DNA of 56,632 nt, from the NCBI GenBank assembly GCA_963575745.1, contig CAUYUJ010000080.1:62001-118632 (forward strand), read 5' to 3'. The stretch's first letter is position 1. Each line of letters begins with the position of its first letter. The DNA is from Prorocentrum cordatum. Lineage: Eukaryota. A program made the position numbers and the translations under genes. Below, one piece after another: positions 36,840 through 56,632 of the stretch. The notes below the pieces were generated by a model, which was given only the letters and a program-made list of their open reading frames with translations, searched no databases and was not told where the DNA came from.

Positions 36840-39800
36840 CGCCACGAGGTCCCAGGGCCTCCGGGCCAAGAGGGCGCGTCGCCCTCTTGCGGGGCCCCCG
36901 CCGGGGAGCGAGCCCCCAGTTTCAGGCGAAGTTTGCAAGACGCTCAAGTTCATTTACTCCAACATTTCTTGTTGGGGCCCCACTGCGGCCAGATGGATTG
37001 CCCACACCGACGCTGATGTGGCGCTGTTCGTTGAACACCGCCAGCGGGGCAGCAAGTTCTCTGACATGGTCAAGAAGTTGCACAAGCTCGGCTGGCGAGT
37101 CGTCGCTCGAGAGGCACACCGCACCGACGCAGACGATGCCTCTTCGGGGGTGTTCGTGGTTGCACGATCCCACCTCGGCCTGACGAGCCAGACGTTTTCT
37201 GCAGGTGAATGGTCGGAGGCAGGCTCCTCCCGCTGGCTCATTTGTACGCTGCGCCTCCGGCACGTCTCGCTTATGATTGTGCTTGTGTACCTGCACACGG
37301 GGGGGCAGCTCAACGGAGACAACTTGAGGCTTCTCGCCGATGTTGGTGCACACCTGAGCGTTGCAGGTGCGCCCGCCTTTGTCGTCGGCGATTGGCAGGT
37401 CGCTCAAGAGGTTATTGAAGAGTCGGGTTGGCTGGAGCCTCTTGGCCTCGTTCCTGTTCCGATGCCTGGAGTCTCGGTCACGTGCACCGGAGTCTCGACC
37501 AGCCGCATCGATTATGCCTTGTGTTCTACAGTTTTTCTGTCTGCCTGCCGTTTTGCAGGGACCGTGCCAGTGCCGCGGGGCACTCATGCAGCTTTAAGCT
37601 TTGACATATTGGCCACGCCTCGAGCCATAATGGTTTGGAAGGCCATGCGGCCGAAACCCCTTCCTGTCAAGGGCATTGCAGCACCACTGGCTCCGTGGGC
37701 GCACTTCCTTGTGCAGGCGCGACTCCTCAAGCATCACCGCCCTGCTTTCTTTGAGGCTAACTTTCCTCAGGCCGCTTTGCTGCGTCTGCACCACGACAAT
37801 TCGGACGTTTCTGTTGCCCTAGGAAACAGTCTTTCCTGTTGGGTCCTCGCTCTCGAGCTGGAGGCGTTCTCCAAGTTGGGCTTTTCCCAAGAAGATGTGT
37901 TTCAGTATGTTGGGCGTGGCCAACAACCCAGATTGCGTGAAGTTCCTCTGATAGCTGCTCAGGTCGAGGGCCCGTGCCTCTCCGATCGAGCCGCTCGCAT
38001 GTGGCAAGCATCATATGTACAGCTGAAATTTCTCATGAAACTCGTGCCTTCTGATTCTGACCCTACCCTTCCCCCTCAGCCTGCATTGGCTCACGCTGCG
38101 CAGTTTCGGTCTACCCTGACTTGGCTTTCCCAGCAGGTACCCCCGGAGCCTTCGGACACTCGCGATGCGAAGCAGGATGGGCTTTTTAATTTGTGGTCGG
38201 CCCGATTTAAAAATATCGCCTCCACTCCCTACGACGGGCTGGAGGACCTGCTCGAGGAATTACGCCAGATGGCTCATCAGTCGCACCGCGAGGCCCTCAA
38301 GGCGCAAAACGCATCGTGGCAGGCATGGTTGAAATCTGCCCTGTATCGCAGCGCAGGCCCGGCGCACCGATTGCTCCGCACGCCATTCGACCCTCTCCCT
38401 CCTGACAAAATTGGTGTCGACGGCCCATGTGCTGCTCTTGACCAGATGCTGGATTTCGAAGCCGCCGCTTGGTCGGCCATCTGGCAGCAGCACAGCCTTG
38501 AGGGCGCTAGAGCGGCGTTAGCTGACCTGCGTAAGCGTGCCTGGGAGTCTCCGCGTTTGCCACCGATAAGTATGCACATGTTGGAAAGAGCCCTTGCTTC
38601 GATGCCGGACGCTAGGGGGCAAGGTTTGGATCACCTGGAGCCCCGCCTGGTCAAGGAAGCCAGCCTGGAAGCTAAGCAACATTTGATTGACATGTTGCAT
38701 AGCATTGAGGAGCAGTGTACAATCCCTTTCCAGCAGTTGTTCGCCCTCATTGCTTTGATTCCTAAGCCTGACGGGGGTAAGAGACCTATCGCTCTCCTCG
38801 GCTTCGTCTACTCCCTCCACCTCCGCATAAGGAAACCCCTTATCACCCAATGGGACCGTGGAGCCCATGGGCCCTGGGACGCCACGGTTGGAGGCTCCGC
38901 GGATTTTGCAGGCTGGGTAGACGAGCTTGAAACTGAGCTCGCCCTCCACGCAGGTTTTCAGGTAGGCGGCCTTTTGCTGGATATGAAGAAATACTACGAT
39001 CAGGTGTGCTTAGAAGATTTGGTCGAGGCAGCAGTTGCTCTCGACTATCCTCTCCGCCTCCTTGTCCTAGCTATCGACATTTATTCAGGCGTCCGTCACA
39101 TTTCCATGGATGGCGCGGTGCACCCCGGGATCTTAGCTCATGGAGGCATGCTCGCTGGGTGCGGCCAGGCTACTTCTCTTGCGCGTGCGCACCTCCATGA
39201 GCCCCTCGGGTGTGCTTACGGCTCTGTCTCAGGCCTCCGCCTTCGCGAGTGGGTGGACGATGTTTCTGCCAGGCTCTTCGGCACGCATTACAGTATTTCG
39301 GCAACGTTTCCTACCTTGCTTCGAGCCCTTTTGGTCAGCCTGAAACGTCGCCGTTGTCAGCTGGCCGTTGATAAGTCTCATCTGTTGGCGTCGTCGCCAG
39401 AGCTTCGCTCAGAGCTTTCTGCTGCTGCCGTCGCCGAGGGGTGTGCATTCACGGTTTCTTTAGCCGCCAGGGACCTGGGGCATGATACGGCTCTCGGAGC
39501 GCGCCGCACGGTAGCAGTTCGCAAGGAGAGGTTTTCCAAGGGCCGGCACGCTACGTGTAGGATTTTCCAGTTCTCCAAAACAAATCGCAGCGCTTCCAAA
39601 CTGTTTTACCCGAATGCTTTTGCGAAGGCCATGTGGGCCCCTGAGCTCCAGGGAGTTTCCCCCTCAATGTTGCGGGGGCTCCGAAGCATGGCCCGGGCTG
39701 CTAGCAAGAGCCCTCAGAAGGGTGTTTGTGCTACATCTGCTATTCGGCTCACCTTTGGTCTGGGGCAAGACCCAGTACAGCTGCATTATCGCAAGATTGT

Positions 39801-41721
39801 TAAGTCCTGGTTCTCACGCATTGCAGGCAACCAGAAGCTTCTTGAGCGTTTGGCTCGATTCTGGGATGCCTCGCTCGAGAAGGTTCGTCGAGGCTGGGCT
39901 TGGGTCCGAGGTCCGATGGCTGCCTTTCAGGCCTCCTTGCTCGCCATTGGGTGGGCTTGCCCCTCTCCCTTTTCCTTGGTCTCCCCTTCTGGCGACTACT
40001 GGGAGATGAAAGCGGGCGGTCGAGGACCCTTGGGACCCCTTTTGGAAGCCTTCGACGAATCGATCGACGCCCTGCAGTGGAACCAGGCAGCAGAACATCT
40101 CGACGGCAAAGGAATCCAGGGCCCGGTTTCGCTTTTCCACGTTTGGGAGCTCCTGGCCTCTCTTGAGAAGGAAGGCCGTCGAGATGTGAGTTCTATGGTC
40201 AGGTTGATCGCTGCCGGCGGCTACTGGACGGAGGAAAAGAGGCATGCTGAGCAGTTGGCCCCTGACCCCCTCTGCCGCCGCTGCAAGCGTGACCCTGAAT
40301 CTTCATCTCATCGCTTCTGGTCTTGCATGTGCAACGATAGCTGTACAGTTCCAGATATTGCCGATTCTCAGCATTTGCGCCATGCGGCGCTCCAGGAAGT
40401 GTCAGACTTCCCATGCTTTTGGGTCCGGGGGCTCATTCCCCTCTCTTGGTTTCGGTTGCCGCCCCTCCCCGATTCGAGGTTGCTCCGTGGCGTCCGCGTG
40501 CCTGGGCCCCTCGTGCCGGGATCTCTCCCCGGGGGATTGTACGGCACCGATGGGTCGGGAGGCCCTTTCTCTAAGCTGCCTGTGCTCAGGCGCGTGGCTT
40601 TCTCTTTCGTCAGGATGGTCCCAGGGTCTGATTTTGACTGGGATTGTGCTGTTACGGGAGTTCTGGACTCCAAGAGGCAGACTGTTCCACGTGCAGAGCT
40701 TGCGGCCATCGTTGAGTGTCTGAGGCTGGTCGACCCTTCCCAAGATCTGCACGTGGTCAGTGATCATCATAACATAGTCCGGGCCTTCTTTTCAGGCAAG
40801 GCCCACTCTTCTAAGCTGGCTAATCATGACTTGTGGTGGGAGTTCTGGGAGCTGCTCGACTCTCGTACCGCCTCCTTCCGCCTCTCTCATGTTCCGTCAC
40901 ACTTGCTTGAAGACCCCGTGAAGTTTGCGCGCTTCTGTGATTCAGCTAATTGGGACCATGTCGTCTTGAATGCCCTCGCAGATTCGTTGGCTGACGCACG
41001 AGCGGAAGAGTGCCAGGTTCCAGCGGATGTTGTCCGCGATCACAACGATTTAGTTCAGCAGGCTTGTGCAATTCTTAAGCGAAATGCGTGTATCATCCTT
41101 GAGTGTGCCGCTCTTAAGGTGGAGACAGACCGGCGTTTGAACAAGCAGCCCATTGACTTGGTGCTAAGGCGCCGCAGGTGGATCGAGTCAGATGTTCGGT
41201 CCAGCTCTCACCATTGGTCGCTCTCTGAAGGTGTGTGGTCTTGTTCACTTTGCCAGGGCCAGGTCAAGGACACCGCCCCTTCTCTGCGCGCTCGCCTTGC
41301 TTCCACATGCCTCGCCACCTTGGAGGGAGGAGGGGGGCTGTGTGTGCGTGAGCGTGTGTGTGAGGGCGGGGACGGGGGAACATTTTCGAAGAAATGGGCC
41401 CGTCCAGGCAGGCAGCTTCTGCCTCGAGACGAGTCCCTGTGGCGGTCCCTTCAATTGGACCCCATGCCAATTCGAGTTTCTCCTTGGATTTCCGGCAAGC
41501 CTGTGCACCCCACGCACGTGCTGTGGCGTAAGGCCTCCTTTTACTTTTGTGGCGAGTGCGGGTCTTGGGCCAACAGATCTCCCAGTGCTTTCTTGAGGGG
41601 TCCGTGCCCTGCCGTCACGCTCGGACCGCATGCTGTAACCAAGGCGCAGTTGGAAGTCTTGCAGAGGATTTGTAAAGGCCTTCCTCCAGCCAAGACCGTC
41701 GCATCTTGGGCTGATGCTTAA
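36712..41721 (+). CDS. LINE ORF2 polyprotein: APE endonuclease, reverse transcriptase, Zn finger, RNase H, C-terminal Cys/His motifs
   Basis: APE ~36943-37610: IYSNI, LFVEHR, VVGDWQ, SRIDYAL, GTH. RT ~38600-39480: LIPKPDGGKRPIALL, LLDMKKYYDQV, GMLAGC, WVDD at 39250-39261, RDLG. CRRC...HRFWSC Zn motif. RNase H ~40540-41010: TDGS, RAEL, VSDH, VPSH, NALAD. C-terminal CSLC and HPTH...CGECG. The start is uncertain: 36712 is the last in-frame ATG before the APE domain, but the frame is open from at least 35608. Confidence 0.92.
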   Translation: MRPLTSLTGSSRRISSRLSSWPRLSRRQSRPRARPRARSHAPNATRSQGLRAKRARRPLAGPPPGSEPPVSGEVCKTLKFIYSNISCWGPTAARWIAHTDADVALFVEHRQRGSKFSDMVKKLHKLGWRVVAREAHRTDADDASSGVFVVARSHLGLTSQTFSAGEWSEAGSSRWLICTLRLRHVSLMIVLVYLHTGGQLNGDNLRLLADVGAHLSVAGAPAFVVGDWQVAQEVIEESGWLEPLGLVPVPMPGVSVTCTGVSTSRIDYALCSTVFLSACRFAGTVPVPRGTHAALSFDILATPRAIMVWKAMRPKPLPVKGIAAPLAPWAHFLVQARLLKHHRPAFFEANFPQAALLRLHHDNSDVSVALGNSLSCWVLALELEAFSKLGFSQEDVFQYVGRGQQPRLREVPLIAAQVEGPCLSDRAARMWQASYVQLKFLMKLVPSDSDPTLPPQPALAHAAQFRSTLTWLSQQVPPEPSDTRDAKQDGLFNLWSARFKNIASTPYDGLEDLLEELRQMAHQSHREALKAQNASWQAWLKSALYRSAGPAHRLLRTPFDPLPPDKIGVDGPCAALDQMLDFEAAAWSAIWQQHSLEGARAALADLRKRAWESPRLPPISMHMLERALASMPDARGQGLDHLEPRLVKEASLEAKQHLIDMLHSIEEQCTIPFQQLFALIALIPKPDGGKRPIALLGFVYSLHLRIRKPLITQWDRGAHGPWDATVGGSADFAGWVDELETELALHAGFQVGGLLLDMKKYYDQVCLEDLVEAAVALDYPLRLLVLAIDIYSGVRHISMDGAVHPGILAHGGMLAGCGQATSLARAHLHEPLGCAYGSVSGLRLREWVDDVSARLFGTHYSISATFPTLLRALLVSLKRRRCQLAVDKSHLLASSPELRSELSAAAVAEGCAFTVSLAARDLGHDTALGARRTVAVRKERFSKGRHATCRIFQFSKTNRSASKLFYPNAFAKAMWAPELQGVSPSMLRGLRSMARAASKSPQKGVCATSAIRLTFGLGQDPVQLHYRKIVKSWFSRIAGNQKLLERLARFWDASLEKVRRGWAWVRGPMAAFQASLLAIGWACPSPFSLVSPSGDYWEMKAGGRGPLGPLLEAFDESIDALQWNQAAEHLDGKGIQGPVSLFHVWELLASLEKEGRRDVSSMVRLIAAGGYWTEEKRHAEQLAPDPLCRRCKRDPESSSHRFWSCMCNDSCTVPDIADSQHLRHAALQEVSDFPCFWVRGLIPLSWFRLPPLPDSRLLRGVRVPGPLVPGSLPGGLYGTDGSGGPFSKLPVLRRVAFSFVRMVPGSDFDWDCAVTGVLDSKRQTVPRAELAAIVECLRLVDPSQDLHVVSDHHNIVRAFFSGKAHSSKLANHDLWWEFWELLDSRTASFRLSHVPSHLLEDPVKFARFCDSANWDHVVLNALADSLADARAEECQVPADVVRDHNDLVQQACAILKRNACIILECAALKVETDRRLNKQPIDLVLRRRRWIESDVRSSSHHWSLSEGVWSCSLCQGQVKDTAPSLRARLASTCLATLEGGGGLCVRERVCEGGDGGTFSKKWARPGRQLLPRDESLWRSLQLDPMPIRVSPWISGKPVHPTHVLWRKASFYFCGECGSWANRSPSAFLRGPCPAVTLGPHAVTKAQLEVLQRICKGLPPAKTVASWADA

Positions 41722-41799
41722 ATTTTCTTCCCTAGCGGCCAGTCCCTGGCAGGTTCTCTGCCCTTGGAGCCTGGGTGTTAGCGGTGCACTGTAAAAAAA

Positions 41800-41839
<40 letters not shown>

Positions 41840-41849
41840 GCTACTACTG

Positions 41850-41916
<67 letters not shown>

Positions 41917-42198
41917 AATTACTACGACGACCGACGACCGACAACACCAACAACAACAATCATTTTAAGACTGTTCGCCCTTATATGCTCGAGTGTCCAA
42001 TAACGCGGATTTCCCGAACCCTCGATACCCGCCCTCTTCGTCTTCGATCGAACCCCTTTGGGGGGGTCTACCTTTCTTCCCTGCAGGCCGGGCCCCGGCA
42101 AGCGGCGGGGCGGCCGCGGACCGTCGGCCTGGCCAGCGGCAGCGCTGATCGGCGGGGCGGCCGCGGACCGTCGACCCGACCCCAACAGGGGACCGACC

Positions 42199-42229
<31 letters not shown>

Positions 42230-42939
42230 AGACGACGGCGACGACGGCGACGACGAGCGAAAGCGAGAGCGAGAGAGAACGACAGCAGGGCCACGAAGGG
42301 CACGAAGTAGGCCACGAAGGGCGACAGCGGGGACACGAAGGGAATGCGTATGGGGCCACGAAGAGTGCGAACGAGCGGGGGCCACGAAGTGCAGATAATG
42401 CGGGGCCACAGAAGGCAACTATGGGGCCACTGAGGGTAGCAACTGGGCCACGTAGGACAATGAGGGGGACACAAATGGCGACAGCGGGGCCACGAAGGGC
42501 ATGCACATGTGGCCACAACATGCGTGATTCCTGGGTGCCTGGGTATCGGGAGCGCGGCGCGTGGGCAAATTGCAGGAAGTTCCAACGCAAGGCTATTCTT
42601 CAGTAAGTTGCAAGCAAGTCTCCAGCGAGAGCGCGACTCCAGGGCTCCGGGACAGCGATTCCTGAATACATTGTGAGGAAGTCCCAAGCGAGAGCGCGTT
42701 TTTGTTGAATAAAATGCGAGGAAGTCTCGGGCGGGAGCGGGGGTCCTGCCTAAACTGTAAGGAAGTCTACAGCGGGAGCCGTTGTTGTTGTAACCCCGGG
42801 GCTAGGGGGCCAGTTTGAGCAGGCAGATTTCCCCTGTCAAAAAACAGGGTGCTAGCGTCGAGGGGCACAGTTTGATTGAGAAGAACAGTATGCACCGGTG
42901 TGGGGGGAGCAACAATAGTTATTCTTCAGAAATGAGAAC

Positions 42940-56632
<13,693 letters not shown>

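Larger units (their letters stand above)
35413..41799 (+). mobile_element. Full-length non-LTR retrotransposon (LINE; ORF1 + APE-RT-RNase H ORF2), 5'-capped by DinoSL, inserted in (ACT)n
   Basis: Sharp switch from (ACT)n to CCCGTAGCCATTTTGGCTCAAG at 35413; two long uninterrupted ORFs; ~70-nt 3' UTR; A7 tail at 41793-41799; immediate return to (TAC)n. No LTRs. A TSD cannot be resolved because both flanks are microsatellite. Confidence 0.95.

Overview
Eukaryotic, repeat-dominated DNA, most likely from a dinoflagellate. This is inferred from an exact dinoflagellate spliced-leader (DinoSL) match and a GC-AG intron. Nearly all ORFs in the supplied track are translations of repeats. Left part (1-33.5 kb): intron-like sequence packed with short non-autonomous elements (three MITE-like families and a Helitron2/DINE-like family built around ~11-bp CCAAGA arrays), a 77-bp minisatellite and microsatellites. 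Hidden in it are two small minus-strand exons, 7.3 kb apart, that splice in frame into an MLLE/PABC domain. Right part (34-56.6 kb): a single-polarity (ACT)n-derived satellite with ~1.25-kb and ~5.7-kb higher-order repeats. Inside it sits an apparently intact 6.4-kb non-LTR retrotransposon (ORF1; ORF2 with APE, RT, Zn finger and RNase H). Its 5' end is the DinoSL, its 3' end is a short A-tail, and it has pure (ACT)n on both sides. This SL-capped, microsatellite-embedded LINE is the most notable system here.
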